From an uncultured bacterium (GTDB lineage: Bacteria; Patescibacteriota; Minisyncoccia; Minisyncoccales; RBG-13-42-11), in assembly GCA_963790795.1 (NCBI GenBank), contig CAWBPO010000001.1, forward strand, positions 204,073-268,072: a DNA stretch of 64,000 bases, read 5' to 3'. The translations under genes were made by a program, and so were the position numbers. Below the pieces are notes generated by a model. That model saw only the letters and a program-made list of their open reading frames with translations. It did not search any database and was not told the origin of the DNA. Positions 54,697 to 64,000 of the stretch are shown here, one piece after another. The stretch's first letter is position 1. Each line of letters opens with the position of its first letter.

Positions 54697-55995
54697 ATGC
54701 CAGATGTAAATAAAAAAGCTTGGATTATTTCGGTAAATATGGGCTTCGGCCACCAGAGGACAGCTTATCCTTTAAAGAACTTGGCGCCTGAAGAAACGAT
54801 TATCAATGCCAACGATTATCCGGGAATTCCCCAAAAAGACAGTAGAGTTTGGGAAACGACAAGAAAGGGCTATGAGTTTGTTTCAAGATTCAAGAAAATT
54901 CCTTTAGTCGGCCAGTTTGTTTTCTTTGTTTTTGATTATTTTCAGAGGATTCTCAGCTTTTATCCGAAGAAAGACCTGTCAAAGCCAAACTTTCAGTTGA
55001 AGCAAATATTCTCATTGATCAAGAAGGGCTGGGGGAAACACCTGGTTGAAAAACTCAAAGCTCAAAACGCAAAGTTCAAAGCTAATTTGCCGATTATATC
55101 CACCTTCTTTGTGCCGGCTTTCATGGCTGAATATTTTGATTATCCCGGCGAAATTTTCTGCGTTGTTTGCGATGCCGACATTTCCAGACCTTGGGCCTCT
55201 CTTAATCCTCAAAAAAGCAGAATCAAATATTTTGCTCCGACAGAAAGAGTTGTCGACAGGTTAAAGCTTTACGGCGTCAAAGAAGAAAATATTTTTTTAA
55301 CTGGCTATCCTTTGCCTTTAAGCAACATTAGCAGCAATCCGTTAGTCGACGGAATGGAAATTTTAAAAAATGATTTGAAACGTCGGCTTTTGAACCTTGA
55401 TCCGCAAAAGAGATTTTTCAAATATTACGAACCGCTGGTTAAAAAACATTTGGGAGATTTGCCTGAAAAAACAGACCGCGTTCTGACTTTGATGTTCGCT
55501 GTCGGCGGAGCAGGAGCGCAAAAAGAAATCGGAGTTAAAATCATAAAGAAATTGTCAGAAAAGATAAAGAGAAAAGAAATTAAAGTTATTTTGGTCGCTG
55601 GAATTAAAAAGAAAATCAAAGAGTATTTTGAGAAGAATATTAAGGGATTGGAGGTTGAGATTATTTTTGCAGAAAATATTGAAAATTATTTCCAGAAGTT
55701 TAATCAAGCTTTGAGAAAAACCGACATTTTATGGACAAAACCTTCAGAACTTTCTTTTTATGCTGCTTTAGGCATACCGATTATTATTGCTCCGCCTATT
55801 GGCTCTCAAGAGGAATTTAATAAAAGATGGCTTTTAAAGTCAGGTTTCGGCCTTTTGCAGGAAGACCAGAATTACATCAACCAGTGGCTCTTTGACTGGC
55901 TGGAAAAAGGGTATTTGGCAGAAGCGGCCATACAGGGCTTTGTTGAAGGAGAAAAATCAGGAACGTTTAAAATTGCGGAAATAATTTCTGCGTAG
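54697..55995 (+). CDS. putative glycosyltransferase (UgtP/MGDG-synthase-like, GT-B fold)
   Basis: The N-terminal ISVNMGFGHQRTAYPL resembles the GxGH motif of the MGDG synthase/UgtP family. This assignment is weak. Confidence 0.4.
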   Translation: MPDVNKKAWIISVNMGFGHQRTAYPLKNLAPEETIINANDYPGIPQKDSRVWETTRKGYEFVSRFKKIPLVGQFVFFVFDYFQRILSFYPKKDLSKPNFQLKQIFSLIKKGWGKHLVEKLKAQNAKFKANLPIISTFFVPAFMAEYFDYPGEIFCVVCDADISRPWASLNPQKSRIKYFAPTERVVDRLKLYGVKEENIFLTGYPLPLSNISSNPLVDGMEILKNDLKRRLLNLDPQKRFFKYYEPLVKKHLGDLPEKTDRVLTLMFAVGGAGAQKEIGVKIIKKLSEKIKRKEIKVILVAGIKKKIKEYFEKNIKGLEVEIIFAENIENYFQKFNQALRKTDILWTKPSELSFYAALGIPIIIAPPIGSQEEFNKRWLLKSGFGLLQEDQNYINQWLFDWLEKGYLAEAAIQGFVEGEKSGTFKIAEIISA

Positions 55996-56013
55996 CGTTT
56001 TTATTTTTAAAAT

Positions 56014-56925
56014 ATGCTCTGGCTAACTGTTACAATCGTCGCTTATCTTATAATGGCTGTTGTTTTTTTGGTTGATAAATACCTTTTAACCAGCGCAATT
56101 CCTAATCCCAAGGTCTATGCTTTTCTTATCGGCATTGCCGGAGTTTTTTTAATTTTGCTCATTCCTTTTGTTGATTTTTACATTCCGTCTTTCTGGCAGC
56201 TTTTCTTGAGTTTTTGGGCCGGCGCCACTTTTGTGCTGGCGCTTTTTTGGTTTTTTAAAGCTTTGCAGAAATTCAATGTTTCCCAGGTGGTTCCGGCTAT
56301 AGGCGCTTTAACGTCCCTGTTTACATTTTTTTTGGTTTACATTTTCTCTTGCGGAAAAGAAACTTTGTCTTTTTATGAAATTATTGCTTTTGTTATACTG
56401 ATAATAGGCAGCATTCTAGTTACTTTTGAGAAAGAAAAATTAGTTAATTTGCCAAGTTTGAAGCTGTCTTTAATTGCTGCTTTTCTTTTTTCTTTGTCTT
56501 TTGTCCTGACTAAATACGTTTATTTGGAGCAGCCCTTTTTAAACGGCTTGATATGGACAAGGTTGGGAGGTGCTTTGCTGGCTTTGTTTTTGTTTATTTT
56601 GTGGCCGGACATTAAAAAAGAAATATTCGTTCAGAAAGACGGTCTCAAGAAAAAATCTTTGGGATTGGTTGTCGCTAATCAAGCAGTTGGCGCTGGTGCC
56701 GGCATTTTGCAGAACTGGGCAATAGCTCTGGCTCCTTTGGCTTACATTGCTTTTATCAATGCTTTGCAGGGTGTGCAGTACGCTTTTTTGCTGATTTTGA
56801 GCGTTTTTTTATCTTTTAAATTTCCTCAGATTTTAAAGGAATTTGTTTCAAAGAAAATTATTATTCAAAGAGTAATCGCCATTCTGCTCATCGGTTTGGG
56901 TCTGGCTTTGCTGGCAATAAAATGA
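56014..56925 (+). CDS. 10-TM EamA/DMT-like membrane protein
   Basis: Ten hydrophobic segments in a 5+5 arrangement. Confidence 0.5.
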   Translation: MLWLTVTIVAYLIMAVVFLVDKYLLTSAIPNPKVYAFLIGIAGVFLILLIPFVDFYIPSFWQLFLSFWAGATFVLALFWFFKALQKFNVSQVVPAIGALTSLFTFFLVYIFSCGKETLSFYEIIAFVILIIGSILVTFEKEKLVNLPSLKLSLIAAFLFSLSFVLTKYVYLEQPFLNGLIWTRLGGALLALFLFILWPDIKKEIFVQKDGLKKKSLGLVVANQAVGAGAGILQNWAIALAPLAYIAFINALQGVQYAFLLILSVFLSFKFPQILKEFVSKKIIIQRVIAILLIGLGLALLAIK

Positions 56926-57908
56926 AGATTAAAATATTTTTTCTAGTAATTTTGATTTTATTATTGGCTTTCGCTGCCTATCTTTTTGTCGGCAAGAGGG
57001 AACCGACTCAAGATATTGTCTGGGGAGTCAATTTTTCCCAGAAGCAGGCTCAGTATTTGAGTTCTGACTGGCAGGAAACGTATTTGGCTTTAATTGAAGA
57101 CCTGAACGTGAAACATTTGAAGCTGGCCACTTATTGGAATTTGATTGAGCCGGAAAAGGACAATTATCTTTTTGAAGATTTGAATTGGCAGGTAAGGATA
57201 GCCGAAGAAAACGGAGTCCAGTTGCTTTTGGTCATCGGCATGAAAGCGCCTCGCTGGCCGGAATGCCATATGCCAGATTGGGCAAAGAGCTTGAGCAAGG
57301 AAGAGCAGCAGGAGAGAATTTTAAAGCTGCTTGAAAATATTGTTTTGCGCTACAAAGATTCTGAAGCTGTTTGGGCCTGGCAGGTGGAAAACGAGCCTTT
57401 CTTTCCTTTTGGCGAATGCCGCTGGGTTGATTCCGGTTTCCTGAAAAAAGAAATAGAGTTGGTTAAATCGCTGGACCCCAAAAGGCCGGTTGTCATAACT
57501 GACAGCGGAGAAGGTTCTTTCTGGGTGGCTTCAGCCAGATTGGGGGATATTGTCGGTACTACCTGGTACAAAAAGGTTTGGTTTCACCAACTGAAAATGT
57601 ACATTACTTATCCTTTTCCTCCGACTTTTTACGCCAGAAAAGCCAAAATCATTGAAAAGCTGTTCCACAAGGAAGTGATTTGCGTTGAAATGCAGGCTGA
57701 ACCCTGGGGTTTTACCGCATCTTTGCAGGAAGTGCCTCTTGGAGAGCAGGAAAAGACAATGAATCTGTCGCAGTTCAAGAATAATATCGAATCTATTAAA
57801 AAAACAGGATTCAGGAAAGTTTATCTTTGGGGTGCAGAATGGTGGTACTGGATGAAAGAGAATCAGGGGCAGCCGGAAATATGGGAAGAGGCTAGAAAAT
57901 TGTTTTAA
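56922..57908 (+). CDS. membrane-anchored clan GH-A-like glycoside hydrolase (TIM barrel)
   Basis: N-terminal TM helix. WAWQVENEPF contains an NEP acid/base motif typical of clan A hydrolases. Confidence 0.45.
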   Translation: MKIKIFFLVILILLLAFAAYLFVGKREPTQDIVWGVNFSQKQAQYLSSDWQETYLALIEDLNVKHLKLATYWNLIEPEKDNYLFEDLNWQVRIAEENGVQLLLVIGMKAPRWPECHMPDWAKSLSKEEQQERILKLLENIVLRYKDSEAVWAWQVENEPFFPFGECRWVDSGFLKKEIELVKSLDPKRPVVITDSGEGSFWVASARLGDIVGTTWYKKVWFHQLKMYITYPFPPTFYARKAKIIEKLFHKEVICVEMQAEPWGFTASLQEVPLGEQEKTMNLSQFKNNIESIKKTGFRKVYLWGAEWWYWMKENQGQPEIWEEARKLF

Positions 57909-57911
57909 CCT

Positions 57912-58625
57912 ATGCTGAGCATCATCATTCCAGCTTTGAACGAGGAAAAATACCTTCTTTTATTGTTGCAGTCGATTAAAAAGCAGAATCTTTTTTCAGA
58001 CTATGAGTTGATTGTGGCAGATGCCGGTTCAAAAGACAGAACGATTGAGATTGCCAAATTATTTGGTTGCAGGATTGTCAAAGGCGGATTGCCGGCTTTT
58101 GGCAGAAATGCTGGAGCAAAAGCTGCTAAGGGAGATTTGTTTTTATTTTTAGACGCAGACATAGTTTTATCAGAAAGTTTTTTGGAAAATTCTCTTTCTG
58201 AATTTGAAAAAAGAAAGTTGGGCATTGCTTCCTACTGCTTGATTCCGCAGACAAGCAATCTTCTTTTAAAAATAGCTTTTGATGTTTTTTATAACAAGTC
58301 GATAGTTGCTGTCCAGAGGTTTCTGGCTTATGGCGCAATGGGCATTCTGGTCAAAAAAGAAATCTTTGAAAAAGTGGGCGGGTTTGACGAAAGCATTAAG
58401 CTGGCTGAAGATCATTATTTTGTCAGAAAGGCTTCAAAATTCGGCAGGTTCGGCATAATCAAATCAGCTAAAATCTTCATTACCTTGAGAAGGTTTGAGC
58501 AGGACGGCTATCTGAAAACTTGTTTAAAATATATTTTCTGCCACATTTTTTTATTTTTTGGAAAAGCGGTCAGGTCAGATATTTTCAATTACCGATTCGG
58601 CCACTATTCAAAAAAAGAGAAATAA
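57912..58625 (+). CDS. family 2 glycosyltransferase
   Basis: LSIIIPALNEEKYL, ADAGSKDRT, LDADIVL (DxD) and LAEDHYF. Confidence 0.85.
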   Translation: MLSIIIPALNEEKYLLLLLQSIKKQNLFSDYELIVADAGSKDRTIEIAKLFGCRIVKGGLPAFGRNAGAKAAKGDLFLFLDADIVLSESFLENSLSEFEKRKLGIASYCLIPQTSNLLLKIAFDVFYNKSIVAVQRFLAYGAMGILVKKEIFEKVGGFDESIKLAEDHYFVRKASKFGRFGIIKSAKIFITLRRFEQDGYLKTCLKYIFCHIFLFFGKAVRSDIFNYRFGHYSKKEK

Positions 58626-58643
58626 GATATATAATTTATCTGT

Positions 58644-59945
58644 ATGGATCCTTACGAATCTCCAAAATTCAATTTAATAAAATTTTCAGGATTAAAATCG
58701 CCTAATTTTTTTAAGAACAGGACTTTATGGCTTGTAATCTTAATTGTTTTTCTTTCTTCTGCTTTCGGTTTTTTAGCTGGAATGGTTTCTTACGGCCTTT
58801 TCTACAATTATCTTTCCCATTCGAACATTGATTTTCTGAAAGTGCAAACAGTACTTGAAAAAGAATATGTTCCTCAGACCAGTCAAGAACAAATGATAAT
58901 AAAAGTGGTTCAAGAGGTTTCTCCGGCAGTCGTCAGCATTGTTATTAGCAAGGACGTTCCGATTATGGAACAATATTTTTACAACCCTTTTGAAGGACTT
59001 GAATCTTTTTCTGGAGAGCCGTTTGAACTTCAGGTTCCTGGATTCCGACAAATAGGGACCGAGAAAACAGAAATCGGCTGGGGGACAGGTTTCATCGTTT
59101 CTGAAAATGGAATAGTTTTAACCAATAAGCATGTTGTTCTTGACACGGAAGCTGAATACACTGTTTTTACCAATGAAGGCAAAAAGTATCCAGCTGAAGT
59201 TTTGGCTAGAGACCCTGTCAAAGACATAGCTGTTCTCAAAATAGAACAGGAAGGAAACGATGTTTTTTCAAAAGCATCGCTTGGCAGTTCAGATGATATT
59301 CAAATCGGCCAGACAGTCGTGGCCATTGGCAATGCTCTGGGAGAATTCAAAAACACGGTTTCAGTTGGCGTGGTCTCAGGTTTAGGCAGGACAATCACTG
59401 CTTTTGGCGATGAATCAAGCGGTTTTGCAGAATCTTTGGAAGACGTCATTCAGACAGATGCCGCAATTAATAAGGGAAATTCAGGCGGTCCGCTTTTGAA
59501 TTTAAAAGGCGAAGTTATAGGAATAAACACTGCTATGGTTGAGCAGGCCCAAAGTATCGGTTTTGCCATTCCCGTAAACCAAGCGAAAAGAAGCATTGAG
59601 CAGGTTGAAACTTCAGGGAAAATTATTTATCCGTTTTTGGGCATCAGATACGTTTTAGTGACGGAAAAAATAAAAGAAGAAAACAATTTGGCAGCGGATT
59701 ACGGCGCCTGGCTGACAAAAGGAGCAGACGGAGAGCCAGCTGTTGAGCCCGGGTCTAGCGCTGAAAAAGCAGGGTTGCAAGAAAATGACATAATTTTGGA
59801 GCTTAATGACGAAAAGATTACTGTTGATAATTCTTTATCTGAAGTTATTATGAAATATAAGCCGGGAGACAGTATTATTTTGAAAGTTTTAAGAAACGGA
59901 CAGGAGAAAATCATTGAAGCTGTTTTGGGAGAAAGAAGCAGCTAG
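58644..59945 (+). CDS. htrA: HtrA/DegP-family serine protease with one PDZ domain
   Basis: The catalytic triad is present in context: TNKHVV, DIAVLKI and GNSGGPLLN. C-terminal PDZ (SSAEKAGLQENDIILELN). Confidence 0.92.
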   Translation: MDPYESPKFNLIKFSGLKSPNFFKNRTLWLVILIVFLSSAFGFLAGMVSYGLFYNYLSHSNIDFLKVQTVLEKEYVPQTSQEQMIIKVVQEVSPAVVSIVISKDVPIMEQYFYNPFEGLESFSGEPFELQVPGFRQIGTEKTEIGWGTGFIVSENGIVLTNKHVVLDTEAEYTVFTNEGKKYPAEVLARDPVKDIAVLKIEQEGNDVFSKASLGSSDDIQIGQTVVAIGNALGEFKNTVSVGVVSGLGRTITAFGDESSGFAESLEDVIQTDAAINKGNSGGPLLNLKGEVIGINTAMVEQAQSIGFAIPVNQAKRSIEQVETSGKIIYPFLGIRYVLVTEKIKEENNLAADYGAWLTKGADGEPAVEPGSSAEKAGLQENDIILELNDEKITVDNSLSEVIMKYKPGDSIILKVLRNGQEKIIEAVLGERSS

Positions 59946-59955
59946 TATTACCACT

Positions 59956-62649
59956 ATGAACGGTAATTTCACTCACAAAGCCCAGGAAGCCATATTGCAG
60001 GCGCAAACCGCTGCCCAAGAAAGAAACCAGCAGCAGATAGACGCTTTGCATCTTTTGCATGCTTTGCTTTCTCAGGAAGAAAGCGTAGTTTTGAATTTAC
60101 TGCAAAGGCTTGGCGCTGACATTGAGGGATTAAAAAAGAAAACAAAGATTGCCTTGGATAGGATTCCAATGATTGCCGCTCCTCAGGTTTTCGGCCAATT
60201 GTATCTGACTCAGGATATGGCCAGGGTTTTGGAAAGAGCTAGGCAGGAAGCAGCCAAAATGGGCGATGAATACATTTCAGTTGAGCATTTGTTTTTGTCT
60301 TTGCTGGATATCCAAAGCAAAGCAAAAGATATTCTGGACAAAACCAATTTCTTGCAGTCAGAAGGCGGAGTCACTTCTTTGGAACTCGGCAAAATAGATT
60401 ATGATACTGCTTTAAAAGCTTTGGCTCAGATCCGCGGAGGCCAAAGGATAACTGACCCTGAACCAGAATCAAAATATCAGGTTATTGAAAAATATGCCAG
60501 AAATCTTACTCAGATGGCTCGCCAGGGAAAGCTGGATCCGGTAATCGGCAGGGAAAATGAAATCCGCAGGCTAATGCAGGTTTTGTCGCGAAGGACGAAA
60601 AACAATCCTGTTTTAATCGGAGAAGCTGGAGTAGGCAAAACAGCGGTTGTTGAAGGCTTGGCTCAGAAAATTATTTCTGCCAAAGTTCCAGAATCTTTGA
60701 AAAACAAAGAAATCATTGCTTTGGATTTGGGAGCTTTGGTGGCCGGCACGAAATACAGGGGAGAATTTGAAGACAGGATTAAAGCGCTTTTAAAAGAGAT
60801 AAACAGGGCTGCAGGCAGATATCTTATATTCATTGACGAGCTGCACACTCTGGTGGGAGCAGGAGCAGCCGAAGGAGCGATTGACGCTTCCAACTTGTTG
60901 AAGCCTGCTTTGGCTAGAGGAGAGTTGAGAGCTATTGGAGCTACCACTTTGAAAGAATACCAAAAATACGTTGAAAAAGATCCTGCCCTTGAAAGAAGAT
61001 TTCAGCCGATTTACGTTTCAGAACCGACCATTGAGGATACGGTTGCCATTTTAAGAGGAATTAAAGAAAAATACGAGCTTCACCACGGAGTGAAGATAAA
61101 GGACTTAGCTTTGGTTACGGCAGCTGAATTGGCAGCGCGCTACATTACTGATAGATTTCTGCCTGACAAAGCCGTTGATTTGATGGATGAGGCAATGAGT
61201 TCTTTAAGATTGGAAATAGAGTCAGAACCAACGGAGTTTGAAGATTTGAAAAAAGAAATCCAGAAAAAGGAAATTGAAAAGCAGGTTGTTACCAAAAACG
61301 AGAAAAAGAAAAAAGCCATCAGCCGTCAGTTGGCTGATTTGAAAGAAAAAGCAAAAGAAATTGAGGCAAAGTGGCAGTCAGAGAAAGAAACAATCGCCAA
61401 AATTAAAAACCTTAAAAAAGAGATAGATGGTTTGCGGTTTGAAACAGAAAGAGCTGAGACTTCTTCTGACCTTCAGAAAGTGGCAGAATTAAAATATGGA
61501 AAAATACCGGAGTTATTGAAAGAATTGAAATCAGCTGAAAGAAAGCTGTCCAGGTTTCAGAAATCCCGTCCCATTTTAAAAGAAGAAGTTTCAGAAGAGG
61601 ATTTGGCTCAGGTTGTTTCCCGTTGGACAGGCATTCCGGTCACCCGTCTTTTGGAAGAAGAGAAGAAAAAATTGGAAAAGATGGAAGATATTCTTGGCAA
61701 GAGAGTTATCGGACAAAGAGAAGCGATTTCAGCCGTTTCCAGCGCCGTTCGTAGGGCAAGAGCCGGCATTTCAGAAGAAAACAGGCCTTTGGGTTCTTTC
61801 ATATTTTTGGGTCCGACAGGCGTTGGTAAAACAGAAACTGCCAAAGCTTTAGCTGAATTTCTTTTTAACGATGAAAATGCTTTGATACGGCTGGATATGT
61901 CAGAGTATATGGAAAAGCACACTGTTTCTAAAATGATCGGTTCTCCTCCTGGATATGTCGGCTACGAGGAAGGCGGTCAGCTGACAGACAAAATCAGAAG
62001 AAGGCCATACAGCGCAATCCTGCTGGACGAAATTGAAAAAGCCCATCCTGACGTTTTTAACGTTCTCTTGCAGATTTTGGAAGACGGCAGATTGACCGAT
62101 GCCAAAGGCAGGACAGCTTCTTTCAAAAACGCTATCTTGATTATGACTTCCAATGTCGGTTCAGATATTATTGCCAGGGAAGCTTCTCTGGGGTTTATCG
62201 GCGGAGACGAGGAAAAAGAGGGAAGAGACAATCTGAAAGATAAAGTAATGTCAGCTTTAAAAGAGAATTTCCGTCCTGAATTTTTAAACAGGATTGACGA
62301 CATCATTATTTTCAATTACCTTGGGAAATCAGAGATAAAAAAGATAGTTGATTTGCAGCTAACAATCATTGCTGGCAGATTTAGGCAAAAGGGGATTGAA
62401 ATTAAGATTACGGAAAAAGCCAAGGAATTTCTGGCTGAAAAAGGATTTGACCAGAATCTGGGAGCCAGGCCGTTGAAAAGAGTGATTCAGAAAAAGGTTT
62501 TGGATCCTTTGGCTTTGAAAATAGTTTCAGGCGAGGTTAGGGCGAAAGACAGCATTTTGGTTGATTTGGAAAATGATAATATTGTTTTCCGGATTGCCAA
62601 AGATTTGTTTAAAAATAATTTTAAAAAAGATAAAGTTTTAGTCAAATGA
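59956..62649 (+). CDS. clpB: ATP-dependent chaperone ClpB
   Basis: Two AAA+ modules ([15 protein letters not shown] and [15 protein letters not shown]), a middle coiled-coil and an N-terminal Clp_N repeat. ATG 59956 chosen, after the htrA stop. Confidence 0.94.
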   Translation: MNGNFTHKAQEAILQAQTAAQERNQQQIDALHLLHALLSQEESVVLNLLQRLGADIEGLKKKTKIALDRIPMIAAPQVFGQLYLTQDMARVLERARQEAAKMGDEYISVEHLFLSLLDIQSKAKDILDKTNFLQSEGGVTSLELGKIDYDTALKALAQIRGGQRITDPEPESKYQVIEKYARNLTQMARQGKLDPVIGRENEIRRLMQVLSRRTKNNPVLIGEAGVGKTAVVEGLAQKIISAKVPESLKNKEIIALDLGALVAGTKYRGEFEDRIKALLKEINRAAGRYLIFIDELHTLVGAGAAEGAIDASNLLKPALARGELRAIGATTLKEYQKYVEKDPALERRFQPIYVSEPTIEDTVAILRGIKEKYELHHGVKIKDLALVTAAELAARYITDRFLPDKAVDLMDEAMSSLRLEIESEPTEFEDLKKEIQKKEIEKQVVTKNEKKKKAISRQLADLKEKAKEIEAKWQSEKETIAKIKNLKKEIDGLRFETERAETSSDLQKVAELKYGKIPELLKELKSAERKLSRFQKSRPILKEEVSEEDLAQVVSRWTGIPVTRLLEEEKKKLEKMEDILGKRVIGQREAISAVSSAVRRARAGISEENRPLGSFIFLGPTGVGKTETAKALAEFLFNDENALIRLDMSEYMEKHTVSKMIGSPPGYVGYEEGGQLTDKIRRRPYSAILLDEIEKAHPDVFNVLLQILEDGRLTDAKGRTASFKNAILIMTSNVGSDIIAREASLGFIGGDEEKEGRDNLKDKVMSALKENFRPEFLNRIDDIIIFNYLGKSEIKKIVDLQLTIIAGRFRQKGIEIKITEKAKEFLAEKGFDQNLGARPLKRVIQKKVLDPLALKIVSGEVRAKDSILVDLENDNIVFRIAKDLFKNNFKKDKVLVK

Positions 62650-63380
62650 TGTCAAAAAAGCTTTTAATAATTGTCGGTCTTTTTATAGTCGGAATGGTAG
62701 GAGGCATTTTCGCTGACCAGATTTTCTGGCCGTATTTTGTTGAAAGGCCGCTTTTTTACGAGTATGGCTTAGAAAAGAACCCTGTTTATCTTACAGAAAC
62801 CAATCAGGTATATATCCAGGAAAACACTGCTCTGGTGGATGTAATTGAAAGAGTGGAAAAGACAGTTGTCGGCATCAAAACCAAGACCAAATACGGCAAG
62901 ATTTTGCAGGGTTCAGGTTTAATTGTCACTTCAGACGGTTTAATGGTTACTTTAGCTGAATTAGTGCCACAAGGTTCAACTTTCAGTTTCTTTTTGGAAG
63001 GACAGGAAGTTTCTTTCCAAGTTTTAAAAAGGGATTTACAAGAAAACCTGGCTTTGCTGAAATTGTCTGATTCTTCTTTGAGTACGGTTGGTTTTGCTTC
63101 TTTGGACAAGCTGAAAATTGGGGAAAGGGTGTTTTTACTTGGTGTTGTCTTCGGTTCTGTTGAAGACGGAGTTCAGCAAATGGAAAAATCGGTTAACGAG
63201 GGGATTGTCAAAACATTTAACCAGGATTCCATACAAACCAGCATTACAGAAACCGGTCTTTTGGCCGGCAGTCCGCTTTTCAATATACGAGGAGAGATAT
63301 TAGGGATAAATACGATTGATGCAAAAGGAAATGTAAGCGTCATTCCCATTACCAAGATCAAGGCATTTATGGGGATGTAG
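62646..63380 (+). CDS. membrane-anchored HtrA-like trypsin-fold protein lacking the catalytic triad (pseudoprotease), no PDZ
   Basis: Aligns block for block with the HtrA at 58644: TNKHVV vs TLAELV (H->E), DIAVLKI vs NLALLKL (D->N), GNSGGPLLN vs LLAGSPLFN (S->A). Confidence 0.7.
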   Translation: MMSKKLLIIVGLFIVGMVGGIFADQIFWPYFVERPLFYEYGLEKNPVYLTETNQVYIQENTALVDVIERVEKTVVGIKTKTKYGKILQGSGLIVTSDGLMVTLAELVPQGSTFSFFLEGQEVSFQVLKRDLQENLALLKLSDSSLSTVGFASLDKLKIGERVFLLGVVFGSVEDGVQQMEKSVNEGIVKTFNQDSIQTSITETGLLAGSPLFNIRGEILGINTIDAKGNVSVIPITKIKAFMGM

Positions 63381-63404
63381 CCATGTTTTGTACGGTAAGA
63401 AAAC

Positions 63405-63427
63405 GCCCATCGCTGGGCATTTTTTAT
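63405..63427 (+). terminator. intrinsic terminator-like hairpin
   Basis: GCCCA-TCGC-TGGGC followed by ATTTTTTATT. Confidence 0.5.
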
Positions 63428-63463
63428 TCGGACAATCTATATTGTGAGATATAACCTATTGAT

Positions 63464-64000
63464 TTATTCTTGAATTAGCCCTTCAATTGCGTTTTTCACT
63501 ATTTTTTCTATACCGAATGAGCCACTAATAAGAGCCCTATATGGGAAAAGATAAATTCCTGTGGTGGCATGAATCTTATTTCTAGTATAAGTTGTTAGAG
63601 TGCGTTTATTTTTCAAATTTCTTTTATCTTTTACAAATGGCACTCTAGGGTTGTTTTCTTTGATGAAGTCATCTATCGTTTTCTTTTGCTTGCTTTTCAT
63701 TTTTTCATCATTAACAAGACATTCTAAAAGTCGATAGCACATAAGATATTTCAACGCTCTATTGTCTTCATTTTTTATTTGCCTATATGCTTGATATAAA
63801 TCGAAAAAATTTCCGCTTGATAACTCTTTTTGTAAAATCAACTCTTTAGATTCATCAATTAACGAAGATTTAATTTTTTTTATATTTCCACGATATACTT
63901 TTTTAACATCTGGAAATGGAATGTCTAACTTAAACGAAAGGGTATCGATAATGATATCCACATACGCTTCAAGCAAATTTTTTATCGGGGAACTGTCTTT
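63464..64000 (-). CDS. hypothetical protein, AT-rich, possibly continuing beyond the window
   Basis: The frame stays open to position 64000, and the first candidate start inside the window is TTG 63976. No family recognised. Confidence 0.5.
   Translation of the reverse strand, partial: KDSSPIKNLLEAYVDIIIDTLSFKLDIPFPDVKKVYRGNIKKIKSSLIDESKELILQKELSSGNFFDLYQAYRQIKNEDNRALKYLMCYRLLECLVNDEKMKSKQKKTIDDFIKENNPRVPFVKDKRNLKNKRTLTTYTRNKIHATTGIYLFPYRALISGSFGIEKIVKNAIEGLIQE

Noticed and set aside
1-64000. Alternative genetic code (UGA=Gly/Trp as in some CPR lineages), and mobile elements, CRISPR or rRNA
   Set aside because: UGA terminates well-conserved genes at their expected ends. I saw no transposase, integrase or Cas-like ORFs, no spacer arrays and no rRNA-like sequence.

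Overview
This is a gene-dense window (about 90% coding) with low GC and many short or overlapping gene junctions. It uses the standard genetic code: TGA, TAA and TAG all terminate recognisable genes. The content looks like a streamlined Patescibacteria/CPR-type (Parcubacteria-like) chromosome. That placement is inferred from gene content and domain-reduced proteins, not from a database search. Most of the window is housekeeping. It holds six aminoacyl-tRNA synthetases (argS, ileS, glyQS, metG, leuS, hisS), the smpB-ssrA-infC-rpmI-rplT block, rpsU/ybeY/ftsA/ftsZ and glmS/murA. It also holds DNA repair genes (PolX, EndoQ, RecO, a short Mfd, TopA), proteostasis genes (HtrA, ClpB) and an envelope glycan/lipid cluster. 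I found two tRNAs (Arg-CCG, Leu-CAA) and one tmRNA. I saw no rRNA, CRISPR array, transposase or integrase. The parts worth a second look are: (1) an RNA repair/modification neighbourhood at 1-6.4 kb bracketed by rtcB and rtcA, containing a divergent Elp3 / Trm9-like methyltransferase pair, a tRNA that overlaps a stop codon and a candidate sRNA. (2) A structured greA leader with mutually exclusive hairpins. (3) Three small GC-richer islets, each with its own near-consensus promoter, strong SD and terminator. These are a Trp-rich zinc-ribbon orphan behind two perfect palindromes (about 12.9-13.4 kb), an orphan structured RNA of about 360 nt plus a (Pro-Gly)n tandem-repeat membrane protein (40.25-41.4 kb), and a minimal stand-alone GGDEF variant behind a structured leader of about 225 nt with a possible pseudoknot (46.17-46.97 kb). 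(4) A catalytically dead HtrA-like paralog downstream of clpB. All RNA-structure claims come from manual base-pair inspection only and need covariance or experimental tests.
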